Positions 1 to 9,268 of a stretch of 64,000 nucleotides of DNA are shown in pieces; positions within the stretch are counted from its first letter, which is position 1, and every line of letters begins with the position of its first letter. The stretch spans positions 3,430,612 to 3,494,611 of the forward strand of contig OZ246946.1 of assembly GCA_965232015.1 (NCBI GenBank), written 5' to 3'. The position numbers and the translations under genes are program-made. The notes beneath the pieces were generated by a model. That model did not search any database. It was not told the DNA's origin and worked only from the letters and a program-made list of their open reading frames with translations. The stretch is from Vicinamibacteria bacterium. Lineage in GTDB: Bacteria; Acidobacteriota; Vicinamibacteria; Marinacidobacterales; Marinacidobacteraceae.

Positions 1-1217
1 CGGAGCGTGTTCCCGCTCCAGAGCGCGGCGATCTGCTCCTCGGTGTAGCCCCGGCGCACCAGCTCGGCCGTCACGTTCAGGGTCTCGGAGGCGTCATCCC
101 AGCCGTCCACCCCGCCGCCGCCGTCGAAGTCGGAGGAGATGGCCACGTGGTCGAGCCCCATGACTTCGACCGCGTGATCAATGTGATCCACGAAATCCGC
201 GACCGTCACCGGGTAGCGGTCCGAGATGTCACCGAACCGCGCCATGAGCGCCTCCCGGTCCTCGTCGGACAGCGAGCCGAACTCCGACCGCGACTCGATC
301 CCGAATTCCTCCATCGCCGCCTCCATGTCGGCGATCTTCTCGGGCGAATCCGCCTTCACGAAGCCGCGGAGCGCCACCGTCTGCATGACGCCGCCGTTTG
401 CGGCAAGAGCGCGGAGCTGCTCGTCGTCCATGTTGCGGGTCACGTCGGCGAGCGCCTTCGTGCTGGAGTGCGAAGCGATCACCGGCGCCCGCGACAGCTC
501 GGCCGCCTGGAGCATCGCGTTCTTCGAGACGTGGGAGACGTCCACCAGGATCCCCAGCCGGTTCATCTCGGCGATGACCTCGCGGCCGAAGTCGCTGATG
601 CCGCCGTGCTCTTCTTCCTCGTCCCCGAGGTCCGAACGCGGGTTCGTGGAGTCGGCGATGTCGTTGTGGCCGTTGTGTGCGAGCGTGATGTACCGGGCGC
701 CCATGTCCCGATAGGTCTCGAGGAGCGACAGGTCCTTGCCGATCACGAACCCGTTCTCGATCCCGATCATCGCGACCAGCCTGCCTTCGGCGTGGATCGC
801 CTCGACGCCGTCGGCGGTATCGGTGAACCCGATGATGTCCGGGTACTTCTCGGTGGCGCGGTGGATCGCCTCGAACTTCGTCATGGCGCCCTGCTTCGCC
901 GCCTCGTAACCCTCCGGCGTGCGCTCGGTCTGTCCGTAGTACACGATGAAGAACCCGGCGTCGAGACCGCCTTCCTGCATCCGCGGGTAGTCCACCTGGT
1001 AGTCCTCGTTCACGTTCCCGGGGTCCACCTCGTCCGTCATGTAGTTGAACGGGATGTCGATGTGGGTGTCGAGCGTGAGGACGGCTTCGTGGATGCGCCG
1101 GGCCTCCTCCATGATCGCGGCCTCGGTGGGCGCAGCCGGTTCCTCCTCCGCGGGGGCGCCACAGCTCGCAACGGCCACGGCGGCGATCAGCAGAACGACT
1201 CCTGTTCTCATGGACAT
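1..1217 (-). CDS. Membrane dipeptidase (peptidase M19, renal-dipeptidase family), lipoprotein; 5'-partial in this window (C-terminus beyond position 1)
   Basis: The reverse-strand translation starts at the ATG complementary to 1215-1217. It begins MSMRTGVVLLIAAVAVASCG, a lipobox signal, and continues ...LDTHIDIPFNY...ITLAHNGHNDIADS...VDVSHVS...ASHSS...SSDFDGGGG, which are typical M19 dipeptidase motifs. The frame is not in the supplied ORF track because it runs off the window edge. Confidence 0.8.
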   Translation of the reverse strand, partial: MSMRTGVVLLIAAVAVASCGAPAEEEPAAPTEAAIMEEARRIHEAVLTLDTHIDIPFNYMTDEVDPGNVNEDYQVDYPRMQEGGLDAGFFIVYYGQTERTPEGYEAAKQGAMTKFEAIHRATEKYPDIIGFTDTADGVEAIHAEGRLVAMIGIENGFVIGKDLSLLETYRDMGARYITLAHNGHNDIADSTNPRSDLGDEEEEHGGISDFGREVIAEMNRLGILVDVSHVSKNAMLQAAELSRAPVIASHSSTKALADVTRNMDDEQLRALAANGGVMQTVALRGFVKADSPEKIADMEAAMEEFGIESRSEFGSLSDEDREALMARFGDISDRYPVTVADFVDHIDHAVEVMGLDHVAISSDFDGGGGVDGWDDASETLNVTAELVRRGYTEEQIAALWSGNTL

Positions 1218-1315
1218 GGGACCTCCGAAACTGTCTTCTCCGGCGCGCAACCGGAGGCGCCGGCCAACCGCCGATGCTACCAGCGGAGACCAGCGATGCC
1301 GCCGGGATTCCGGCG

Positions 1316-2392
1316 ATGGGGGAGAATCGCGGCCCGGTTTTGAAACTTCTCTGGTCCGTTTCCAACAAGGCGGCGCTTGCGCTCGGCGGCCTCCTCGCGG
1401 GCGCGCCAGCCTCCGCAGCTCCCGATGGGCCGGAGCAGGATGGGCCCCGGACTCCGTACGAGGCCCGCCTCGACCGCTACCGGGCCGGGGACTTCGTGGG
1501 AGCGGTCCGCGAAGCCCTCGTCGTGCCCTGGCGCGACCTCGAGGCGGGCGCCGAGGATTTCCTGCGGGTCTCCCGGGGGACACCCGAGGAGCGGGACCTC
1601 ACGTCGCTGGCGGCGGCCATGCTCCACGCCGACCTCGCCGGACCGGCCGAAGCCCGCCCCTCGGACCAGGAGGCGATGGCGGAGCGGTTCCTCGACCGGA
1701 TCGGCGACGGAGAGAGGCGGACCGAATGGTTGCTGGACCTTCGCCTGGGACTCCTCGGTTTCTATGCCAGCCGGAGCCGCTGGGGGGACGCGGTGCGGGT
1801 CGCCGGTGTGCTGCGGGATCAGTCCGGAGCCGATCCCTCGGTCCGGCGGGCGCGGGCGTGGCTCGCCGAGGCCCTCGGCTGGGGCTTCCACGACGAGCGT
1901 TTCCTGGATCAGGCCCAGTCCGGTTACTCCGCGCTCCTCGAGGAGGCGACCGCCGCCGAGGCTCCGTTCCTGCCGCCGGCCGAACTGGTGGACCTTCGAC
2001 TGCGTCTGGCGCACCTGACCCTTCGCGAGGGGAGCCCGGAGGCGGCGCTCGCCCTGCTCGATGCTGGAACCCCTCCTCCGGATGCGCTCTCCCGGTTCGC
2101 CGCCGCCATCCTGCGGGGGGAGACGCTCCTCTGGCTCGAGGACGCCACGCAGGCCGAGCAGGCGTTCGGCGAGGCCCACGCGATCCACTCCGGCTCGGTG
2201 TCGGCGGCCGCGGGTCTGGCGGCGTCCCGTCAGCGGCTGGGTGACGCGGCGGGCGCCGCCCGGGCGGCGCGCCGGTTCCTCGAAGACACCGCGGGCGAGG
2301 ATGCCTGGCAGCGGTTCCTCCTCGGCGGCCTGAACCGGGAGAGCGACCGCCTCGACCGCCTCCGCGGGCTGGCTCTGGTGCGCGACCGATGA
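1316..2392 (+). CDS. Hypothetical secreted protein (Ala/Leu-rich, possibly TPR-like helical)
   Basis: Long ORF with an N-terminal hydrophobic signal-like segment (LKLLWSVSNKAALALGGLLAGAPASAA). Its stop overlaps the next start by 4 nt (ATGA at 2389-2392), which suggests an operon with the VWA gene. The start codon is uncertain; 1274 and 1316 are both possible. Confidence 0.5.
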   Translation: MGENRGPVLKLLWSVSNKAALALGGLLAGAPASAAPDGPEQDGPRTPYEARLDRYRAGDFVGAVREALVVPWRDLEAGAEDFLRVSRGTPEERDLTSLAAAMLHADLAGPAEARPSDQEAMAERFLDRIGDGERRTEWLLDLRLGLLGFYASRSRWGDAVRVAGVLRDQSGADPSVRRARAWLAEALGWGFHDERFLDQAQSGYSALLEEATAAEAPFLPPAELVDLRLRLAHLTLREGSPEAALALLDAGTPPPDALSRFAAAILRGETLLWLEDATQAEQAFGEAHAIHSGSVSAAAGLAASRQRLGDAAGAARAARRFLEDTAGEDAWQRFLLGGLNRESDRLDRLRGLALVRDR

Positions 2393-3408
2393 CCCCGCTT
2401 CTCGCCGCCCTCGCCGTCGCGGCCGCCGCCCCCTCCCAGGTCCAGTTCCGCGTCACGACCCAGGAAGTGCTCGTGGACGTCGTCGTGACCCGGGACGGCG
2501 AGCCGGTGACGGGCCTCGTCGCGGAGGACTTCACGCTCCGCGATGAGGGAGAGTCGCGGGCGTTCCGGATCGTGCCGCAGGCGGATCTGCCGCTCTCGGT
2601 GCTGTTTCTGATGGACTTGAGCACCAGCGTGACCGAGGAGCGCGCTCGGCGGCTCGAGGAAGCGGCGGCCCGGTTCGGCGCCCAGTTGACGGCCCGCGAC
2701 CGCTGCGCTCACGCGGTCTTCGCCGGCGATCTCCGGCTGGTCGGGGACTTTGGTGATTGCGCCGGGCTCGACGCGGGAGCGGCGCCCGACCAGGCGCCCG
2801 CCCGGGGCACCGCGCTGCGGGATGCGCTCATCCTCGGATCGGCGCTCGTCGAGGGGGAGCCGGGCCGGCCGGTGATCGTGGTGTTCACGGACGGGCAGGA
2901 CACCGCGAGCTGGATTCCGGAGGGGTTGTTCCAGGACGCGCTCCGCGGCATGAACGTGCTGGTGTACGGAGTCATCCCTCCGGACGCGACCGGGACCGCC
3001 CGGACGCCCTACCGTTACCGTCAGTTCGACCCGTCACCGCCTTCCGTGCTCCGTCGGCAGCGGATCGGCATGCGCCGGATGAACCCGGGCGCGGTCCCCG
3101 ACGCGCTCACGCCGCTGCTCGAAGGACCGCGCCGGAACATGCGGAGCCGCAGCGGGGCGCGCCCTCCGTCCGAGCTCCAGCTCCTGCGCCACGCCGCCGA
3201 GGGGAGCGGGGGGCGGATCGTGCGGACCCGCGACGAGGAGCGCCTTGCGGCCGCCTACGAGGAGATCCTCGAGGAGATGCAGGCCCGCTACGTCCTCGCC
3301 TTCGAGCCCGACCCGGCGCAGCCCCCGGGCTGGCGGCGGCTCGAGGTGACCGTGGGCGCGGCCGGGGCGACGGTCCGGCACCGCGCCGGTTACACCCACC
3401 TTCCGTAG
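2389..3408 (+). CDS. VWA (von Willebrand factor type A) domain protein, Acidobacterial-type VWFA-related
   Basis: N-terminal signal peptide. The motif QVQFRVTTQEVLVDVVVTRDGEPVTGLVAEDFTLRDEG followed by LFLMDLSTS...VVFTDGQDTAS gives a MIDAS-like DxSxS...T...D pattern. Translationally coupled to the upstream ORF. Confidence 0.7.
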   Translation: MTPLLAALAVAAAAPSQVQFRVTTQEVLVDVVVTRDGEPVTGLVAEDFTLRDEGESRAFRIVPQADLPLSVLFLMDLSTSVTEERARRLEEAAARFGAQLTARDRCAHAVFAGDLRLVGDFGDCAGLDAGAAPDQAPARGTALRDALILGSALVEGEPGRPVIVVFTDGQDTASWIPEGLFQDALRGMNVLVYGVIPPDATGTARTPYRYRQFDPSPPSVLRRQRIGMRRMNPGAVPDALTPLLEGPRRNMRSRSGARPPSELQLLRHAAEGSGGRIVRTRDEERLAAAYEEILEEMQARYVLAFEPDPAQPPGWRRLEVTVGAAGATVRHRAGYTHLP

Positions 3409-3502
3409 GGAGAACGGGGGCGCTCCGGCGGGGAGGCGCAGCCAGGTCGGGACGCTCGGCGCCGGACTGGGGTAACCGCTGGGTGGCTGGTTCGCTTCGA
3501 CA

Positions 3503-3530
3503 GCTTGCCGGACTGGAGTCCGGCGCTCCG
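3503..3530. repeat. REP-like palindromic element copy (GCCGGACTGGAGTCCGGCGCTCCGG)
   Basis: Perfect hairpin CCGGAC-TGGA-GTCCGG in the intergenic space between the convergent VWA gene and a membrane-protein gene. The same motif recurs at 7381-7625, 11556-11770, 13048-13170 and 36596-36665. Confidence 0.45.
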
Positions 3531-3531
3531 G

Positions 3532-3918
3532 TCAGTCCTCGGAGTAGAAGTGCCCGGCGATCGCCCCCGCGAGCCCCATTTCGACCAGCGTCCAACCGAG
3601 CCCGAGGACGTTGAAGTCCATGAGCCCCATGTTGGCCACGCCGATGGCGGGAAGCAGGGTGTGGAGGATCCACACGGTCACGCCGGCGCACATCGCCTCC
3701 TTCGGGCCACTGCCGAAGCGAGGGCGCAGCGCCGCCACCATCCACGCGATGAGGAGGCCGAGCACGAAGGCGTACACCACCCACACCGCGATCGAGCCGC
3801 CGGCGTCCTCGCCGCCGATCGGGACGACGTACATATTGAGGATGTACTCGCTGACGTTGATCAGGAGACCGGCCAGCAGACCGCCCTTGATCACGCTGCT
3901 CAGATTGATACCACCCAT
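3532..3918 (-). CDS. Hypothetical small integral membrane protein
   Basis: 128-aa ORF with 3-4 hydrophobic helices (LLAGLLINV..., VWVVYAFVLGLLIAWMVAAL, VTVWILHTLLPAIGVA). Codon usage is consistent with neighbouring genes. Confidence 0.45.
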   Translation of the reverse strand: MGGINLSSVIKGGLLAGLLINVSEYILNMYVVPIGGEDAGGSIAVWVVYAFVLGLLIAWMVAALRPRFGSGPKEAMCAGVTVWILHTLLPAIGVANMGLMDFNVLGLGWTLVEMGLAGAIAGHFYSED

Positions 3919-3967
3919 CTCGTTCTCCCCGGGGCCAGTGTCGGGCCCCTGAACCGACCGGCGCGAT

Positions 3968-4714
3968 CTAGCGACCGGAGATGATCCGGAAGAGGTTCCT
4001 CACCGGGTCGTAGAAGCGGTCCACGACGCGCTCCTTCAGTGGGATGATCGCATTGTCGGTGATCGTGATGTGCTCGGGGCACACCTTGGTGCAGCACTTG
4101 GTGATGTTGCAGTAGCCGACGCCCTGCGCCTTCCTCAGGTCGTCGAGCCGGTCCTCGGTGTCGAGGGGGTGCATTTCGAGCGCCGCGGTGTGGACGAAGA
4201 AACGCGGCCCGATGAATTCGTCGTGCTTCTGCGAGTCGCGCAGCACGTGGCAAACGTCCTGGCACAGGAAGCACTCGATGCACTTGCGGAACTCCTGCAC
4301 CCGGTCCACGTCGCGCTGGTCCATCCGCCAGGTGCCGTCCTCGGCGTCGGGCGGCCGCGGCTTGAACTTCCTGATCGCCTTCTTGACCTCGAAGTTCCAG
4401 CTCACGTCGGTGACGAGGTCGCGCAGCAGCGGGAAGGCGCGCATCGGCTCGATCGTGACCGGCTGGTTGTCGGGCAGGTCGCTCATCCGCGTCATGCACA
4501 TGAGGCGGGGGTTCCCGTTCACCTCCGCGCTGCATGAGCCGCACTTGCCCGCCTTGCAGTTCCATCGGACCGCGAGGTCGCCTGCCGACTCGGCCTGGAT
4601 CTGATGGACCGCATCGAGAACGACCATGCCCTCGGTGATGTCGGTCGCGTACTCCTCGAAGCACCCCTCGCCGCCGGTTTCGGCGCGCCAGATGCGGAAC
4701 GTCCTGCTCGCCAT
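3968..4714 (-). CDS. sdhB: Succinate dehydrogenase / fumarate reductase iron-sulfur subunit
   Basis: Translation MASRTFRIWRAET...CKAGKCGSCSAEVNG...CIECFLCQDVC...CNITKCCTKVCP carries the 2Fe-2S, 4Fe-4S and 3Fe-4S cysteine motifs. Its start overlaps the sdhA stop (TGATG). Confidence 0.9.
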   Translation of the reverse strand: MASRTFRIWRAETGGEGCFEEYATDITEGMVVLDAVHQIQAESAGDLAVRWNCKAGKCGSCSAEVNGNPRLMCMTRMSDLPDNQPVTIEPMRAFPLLRDLVTDVSWNFEVKKAIRKFKPRPPDAEDGTWRMDQRDVDRVQEFRKCIECFLCQDVCHVLRDSQKHDEFIGPRFFVHTAALEMHPLDTEDRLDDLRKAQGVGYCNITKCCTKVCPEHITITDNAIIPLKERVVDRFYDPVRNLFRIISGR

Positions 4715-6537
4715 CAGCGGTTCTCCTCGATGATCTGGAGCAGGTCGTTCCGCGGGGGCGTGACCGCTTCCTCGGCCAGCTCCATCTCCCCGTCGGCGCC
4801 CTTCCGCACCACCAGCGTGGCCTTCCCCCACCGTTCGCTCTTCGCCGGATGGTCCTCGCGGAAGTGGGCGCCCCGGCTCTCCTTCCGCTCGGCGGCGGTG
4901 CGCGCGACCGCCTCTGACACCAGGAGGAGGTTCGGAAGGTCGAGCGCGGTGTGCCAGCCCGGGTTGTAGGCGCGGTTCCCCGCCGCCGCGACCGAGCGGG
5001 CGCGATCCCGCAGCGCGAGAACCCCGTCGAGCCCTTCCTCGAGCTCCGCCTGGTTGCGCACGATCCCGACCTTCGCCTGCATGAGGTCCTGCAGCTCGCT
5101 CTGGATCTGGTAGGAACCCACCCCGGAACCGCCCGACTCCTGCCGTTCGAGGGGCGCGAGGGCGTCTCGTTCGGCGGCGGCGACCAGCTCCTGCTCGACG
5201 CCGTCGGATGCGGATCGGGAGTTGGCCCGGGCGAAGCGGGCGGCGTGCTCGCCGGCGCGCTTGCCGAACACGAGCAGATCCGAGAGCGAGTTGCCCCCGA
5301 GGCGGTTCGCCCCGTGGAGCCCGCCGGCGCACTCCCCGGCGGCGAACAGGCCGTCCACCCGGGACATCTGGGTCTCGCCGTCCACTCGGACCCCGCCCAT
5401 CACATAGTGGGTCGTCGGGCCGACTTCCATCGGTTCCTTCGTGATGTCGATCCCGGCGAGCTCCATGAACTGGTGGTACATGCTCGGCAGCTTCCGCCGG
5501 ATGTGCGCTTCGCCGTCCTTCAGTCTCTCCCGGATCCAGGCGATATCGAGAAACACGCCGCCGTGCGGGCTGCCGCGCCCCTCGCGGATCTCGCGGACGA
5601 TGCAGCGCGCCACGTGGTCGCGGGTGAGGAGTTCGGGTGGGCGCCGGGCCTCCTTGTCGCCCTGGGTGTAACGCCATCCCTCCTCTTCGTTGTCGGCGGT
5701 CTGCTGCCGATAGAGGTCGGGGATGTCGTCGAACATGAACCGGCGGCCTTCGCTGTTGCGGAGAACCCCTCCCTCGCCGCGCACGCCCTCGGTGACCAGG
5801 ATGCCGCGCACGCTGGGCGGCCAGACCATCCCGGTCGGGTGGAACTGGACGTACTCCATGTCGATCAGGTCGGCGCCGGCCTCGTAGGCGAGCGCGTGCC
5901 CGTCGCCGGTGTACTCCCAACTGTTCGAGGTGATCCGGAAAGCGCGTCCGATCCCTCCGGTCGCGAGCACGATCGAGTTCGCCCGGAACAGTCGGAAGCG
6001 TCCCTGCTCCCGTTCGTAGGCGAAGGCTCCGATCACCCGGTTGCCGTCGGTGAGGAGCCGGGTCACGGTGCACTCCATGTGGACGTCGATACCCAGATGG
6101 ATGCCGTGATCCTGGAGCGTGCGGATCATCTCGAGGCCGGTGCGGTCGCCGACGTGGGCGAGCCGGGGGTACTTGTGGCCGCCGAAGTTGCGTTGGAGGA
6201 TGCGCTGGTCGGGGGTCCGGTCGAACACCGCGCCCCACGCCTCCAACTCCTGCACCCGGGCCGGCGCCTCCCGGGCGTGGAGCTCGGCCATGGTCGGGTT
6301 GTTGACGTACTGCCCGCCCCGCATCGTGTCCGCGAAGTGGGTCTTCCAGTCGTCGCGTCCGTCCACGTTGGCGAGCGCGGCGGCGATCCCGCCCTCGGCC
6401 ATCACGGTGTGCGCCTTGCCGAGCAGGGACTTCGTCACCAGGCCCACCGAGACTCCGGCGGCCGAGGCCTCGATGGCGGCGCGGAGGCCGGCGCCGCCGG
6501 CCCCGATCACGAGCACATCGTGCTCAGCAGTTTTCAT
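4714..6537 (-). CDS. sdhA: Succinate dehydrogenase / fumarate reductase flavoprotein subunit
   Basis: MKTAEHDVLVIGAGGAGLRAA is the FAD-binding GxGxxG motif. ...HTVMAEGG..., RSHTV-type covalent-FAD region and the ...HGANRLGGNSL... active-site motif are present. Length is 607 aa. Confidence 0.92.
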   Translation of the reverse strand: MKTAEHDVLVIGAGGAGLRAAIEASAAGVSVGLVTKSLLGKAHTVMAEGGIAAALANVDGRDDWKTHFADTMRGGQYVNNPTMAELHAREAPARVQELEAWGAVFDRTPDQRILQRNFGGHKYPRLAHVGDRTGLEMIRTLQDHGIHLGIDVHMECTVTRLLTDGNRVIGAFAYEREQGRFRLFRANSIVLATGGIGRAFRITSNSWEYTGDGHALAYEAGADLIDMEYVQFHPTGMVWPPSVRGILVTEGVRGEGGVLRNSEGRRFMFDDIPDLYRQQTADNEEEGWRYTQGDKEARRPPELLTRDHVARCIVREIREGRGSPHGGVFLDIAWIRERLKDGEAHIRRKLPSMYHQFMELAGIDITKEPMEVGPTTHYVMGGVRVDGETQMSRVDGLFAAGECAGGLHGANRLGGNSLSDLLVFGKRAGEHAARFARANSRSASDGVEQELVAAAERDALAPLERQESGGSGVGSYQIQSELQDLMQAKVGIVRNQAELEEGLDGVLALRDRARSVAAAGNRAYNPGWHTALDLPNLLLVSEAVARTAAERKESRGAHFREDHPAKSERWGKATLVVRKGADGEMELAEEAVTPPRNDLLQIIEENR

Positions 6538-6550
6538 GGCGATGAGGGGC

Positions 6551-7358
6551 TCAGAGGATCCGCAAGTCGCTCCACACCCCCATGGAGCAGAGCCTCACAT
6601 AGAGATCCGAGAAGGCGACCCAGACCAGGCTGCACCACGCCCAGTTCATGTGGCGCAGGTTGAACCAGCTCACGCATTCGTAGGCGCAGCGGCGAGCGGG
6701 CCGGGCGGCGATGCGGTCGAGGACGCCCCCGACCAGGTGACGGAGCGAATGGCAGCCGAAGGTGTACCCGCCGAGCAGGACGACGTTCATCGTGAGAACG
6801 AGCGTTCCGACGCCGATTCCGAAGGTCTCCTGGCCGGTCGCCGGATCCACGAACCACATGGCCTTCCAGGCGTCCCACGCGAGGATGCAGATGAAGCCCA
6901 GCGCCAGGTAGAGGAAGTAGCGGTGGAGGTTCTGGAGGAGGAGCGGGAACCGCAGCTCGCCACCGTACCCCTTCCACGGCTTGCCGACGGTGCAAGATGC
7001 CGGGTTCGAGACGAAGGCCTTGTAGTAGGCGCCCCGGTAGTAGTAGCAGGTGAGCCGGAATCCGGCGGGCGCTCCCAGGATGACCAGCGCCGGCGAGAAC
7101 GGGAGGAAGCTGGGCCAGAACGCCGGCTTCGGCCCCAGCCAGGCGTGGTGGGAGTCCCCCCACAGGACCGGCGAGTACATCGGCGACAGGTAGTTGCCGA
7201 GCTCGAAATGGGCGTTCTGGAACGCGGCCCAGGTGGAATAGACGAGGAATCCGGTGAGCCCCAGCAGGGTTGCCAACGGGACCGCCCACCAGCGGTCGCG
7301 GCGACGGGTAACCCCGAATCCCTGACGCTCGGGGAGGGCTCCGGCGACAGTCGGCACG
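6551..7358 (-). CDS. sdhC: Succinate dehydrogenase cytochrome b subunit (b558 / Bacillus-type membrane anchor)
   Basis: About 268 aa with five hydrophobic helices and conserved His (SHHAWLGPK, FGCHSLRHL). It lies immediately upstream of sdhA. The proposed start is the GTG complementary to 7356-7358; the start is uncertain. Confidence 0.7.
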
Positions 7359-7380
7359 GCGCGGAAGGATATCGGAACCC

Positions 7381-7625
7381 GGAGCGCCGGACTCCAGTCC
7401 GGCACGGGGGAGCGCCACCCTTTGGAGCGCCCCTGGTACGGAGCGCCCCTGGTACGGAGCGCCGGACTCCAGTCCCTTGCCGGCGCGCCGGCAACGCGCC
7501 GGTCAGCATGGGCCGGGAATTGCCGGACTGGAGTCCGGCGCGCCGGCACTCCGGCACCGGTCAGATCCGTCACCCGGTGCCGGGCCCCCACCGGGAGAAC
7601 TGGTGGAGTCCGGCGCTCCGGCGAC
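7381..7625. repeat. Cluster of REP-like elements in the sdhC upstream region
   Basis: Contains GGAGCGCCGGACTCCAGTCCGGC, a direct duplication GGAGCGCCCCTGGTAC x2, CCGGACTGGAGTCCGGCGCGCCGGCACTCCGGCACCGG, and CCACCGGGAGAACTGGTGGAGTCCGGCGCTCCGG. It fills the whole intergenic gap between sdhC and the FGE-family gene. Confidence 0.6.
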
Positions 7626-7626
7626 C

Positions 7627-8511
7627 CTACGGGTCGCCGACACACCGGAAGCCGGTGTGATCCCACGCCGAATCCGCCGGCGCACGGTTCTCCCACGCCA
7701 GCCGGTAGCCCTGGCAGGAGTTCTCGGCGCAGAGGAACGACCCGCCCCGGATTGGCCGACTCTCGGGAGAGCCGCCGTCCACCCACTCCCACGCATTCCC
7801 CGCCATGTCGAACAGGCCGTAGCCGTTCGGCGGAAACGAGCCCACCGGCGCGAGCCCGACAAACCCATCGCGCGCCTCCGCCGGAAACGGGAAGCGACCG
7901 TCGAACAGGTTGGCGGGCGGGCTCCCCGCGAACGGAGAGCGCCGGCCCCACGGATAGATCGCCGCCGAGGTCCCCCCGCGGGCGGCGTGCTCCCATTCGA
8001 CGGCGGTCGGCAGGCGTCCGCCGGACTCGGCGCAGAAGGCGGCGGCGTCGTTCCAGCTCACCTGGACCGCGGGGGCGGCGGGCGCCGCTTCGGAACGATC
8101 CGGACCGCGCGGCGTCCGCCAGTCGGCGCCGTCCCTACGGACCCACCACGGCGCTCCCGGCACCGCCGGGGCATCTCCGGGCGCCGTTCCCGGGGCATGG
8201 AAGACGAGCGACCACCCGAACCGCTCGGCGTCGGTGATCCGCCCGGTTCGCTCGATGAAGCGGGCGAACCGCTCGGTTGTGACCTCGTGCCGGTCGAGGA
8301 GGAATGCCTCGACGCCGGAACCGGCGGGGACCCGCGCCATGCCCTCCGGCGTGGCGCACCCGCAGAGGGCGAGGAGGGCCCCGACGGCGCCGCGGCGGAG
8401 CACCAGGTGAACGGAAGGCGGCGCCCGCTTGTCGAGGCCCGGGAGCCGCGACAGTACACTCCCCCGTGCGGAATTGTCGTTGCGGGCGGGGGGTTTGAAG
8501 ACGGCGGACAT
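7627..8511 (-). CDS. Formylglycine-generating enzyme (SUMF1/EgtB/PvdO) family protein, predicted lipoprotein
   Basis: C-terminal FGE-sulfatase motifs are present (RGGSF..., GFRCV, WEWV, YPWG). A lipobox (ALLALCGCA) sits about 45 aa after the first ATG. An alternative GTG start near 8403 would give a normal signal peptide and avoid overlap with pcm. Confidence 0.72.
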   Translation of the reverse strand: MSAVFKPPARNDNSARGSVLSRLPGLDKRAPPSVHLVLRRGAVGALLALCGCATPEGMARVPAGSGVEAFLLDRHEVTTERFARFIERTGRITDAERFGWSLVFHAPGTAPGDAPAVPGAPWWVRRDGADWRTPRGPDRSEAAPAAPAVQVSWNDAAAFCAESGGRLPTAVEWEHAARGGTSAAIYPWGRRSPFAGSPPANLFDGRFPFPAEARDGFVGLAPVGSFPPNGYGLFDMAGNAWEWVDGGSPESRPIRGGSFLCAENSCQGYRLAWENRAPADSAWDHTGFRCVGDP

Positions 8512-9268
8512 GATCCGATTGGCGCTCGGGAGATTGTGGCCCGTGTCCCTGTTGCTCGCGGCGTTCGCGCCTGCGGGCTGCGGCGCGGGCGATGAGTCAG
8601 CTATGGATCGGGACCCTTTCCGCACCCCCCGGGAACTCATGGTCCGCAACGACCTCGAGGCGCGCGGCGTCCGCGATGCGGCGGTGCTCGAGGCGATGCG
8701 GCGGGTTCCGCGCCACATGTTCGTGGCGGAATCGCTCCGGAGCCAGGCCTACTCCGACCGCCCGCTCCCCATCGGCGAGGGGCAGACGATCTCGCAGCCG
8801 TTCGTGGTCGCGCTGATGAGTTCGCTGGCGCAGGTGGAGTCCGGGTCGAGGGTCCTCGAGATCGGAACCGGTTCCGGTTACCAGGCCGCGGTTCTCGCCG
8901 AACTGGGTGGTGAGGTCTGGTCCATCGAGCTGCTGCCGGCCATCGGGGCCCTCGCCGCCTCGAACCTCGCCGGCGCCGGCTACGAGAGGATCAACCTGAG
9001 GGTGGGAGACGGCTACCAGGGATGGCCCGAGGAAGCGCCGTTCGACCGGATCGTGATCACCGCCGCGCCTTCCACGATCCCGCCGGCGCTGATCGAACAG
9101 CTCGCTCCGGAAGGCCGGCTGATCGCTCCGGTAGGGGACGACCCGCGTTCCCAGCGGTTGCTCGTCGCTACCCGCAACGCCGACGGCGACCTGGAGACGA
9201 CCGATCACGGGGGCGTGGCGTTCGTCCCGATGGTCCCGGGAGACCAGGTCCCCCCGGCGAGCAACTGA
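8510..9268 (+). CDS. pcm: Protein-L-isoaspartate O-methyltransferase, exported/lipoprotein form
   Basis: LEIGTGSGYQAAVLA is the SAM-binding motif I. ...QTISQP... and ...DRIVITAA... are present, as is an N-terminal lipoprotein signal MIRLALGRLWPVSLLLAAFAPAGCG. The start ATG at 8510-8512 sits in a CATG palindrome shared with the divergent FGE ORF. Confidence 0.85.
   Translation: MIRLALGRLWPVSLLLAAFAPAGCGAGDESAMDRDPFRTPRELMVRNDLEARGVRDAAVLEAMRRVPRHMFVAESLRSQAYSDRPLPIGEGQTISQPFVVALMSSLAQVESGSRVLEIGTGSGYQAAVLAELGGEVWSIELLPAIGALAASNLAGAGYERINLRVGDGYQGWPEEAPFDRIVITAAPSTIPPALIEQLAPEGRLIAPVGDDPRSQRLLVATRNADGDLETTDHGGVAFVPMVPGDQVPPASN

Noticed and set aside
147-1368. ORFs 147..1343 (+) and 229..1368 (-)
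   Set aside because: Both overlap the well-supported dipeptidase reading frame. They have Arg/Pro/Gly-rich low-complexity translations typical of spurious ORFs in GC-rich DNA.
4715-6238. N-terminal ~500 aa of the 756-aa minus-strand ORF (3968..6238) upstream of sdhB
   Set aside because: This region overlaps sdhA in another frame and is Arg/Pro/Gly-rich GC-shadow sequence. The real sdhB starts at the ATG complementary to 4712-4714 (MASRTFRIW...).
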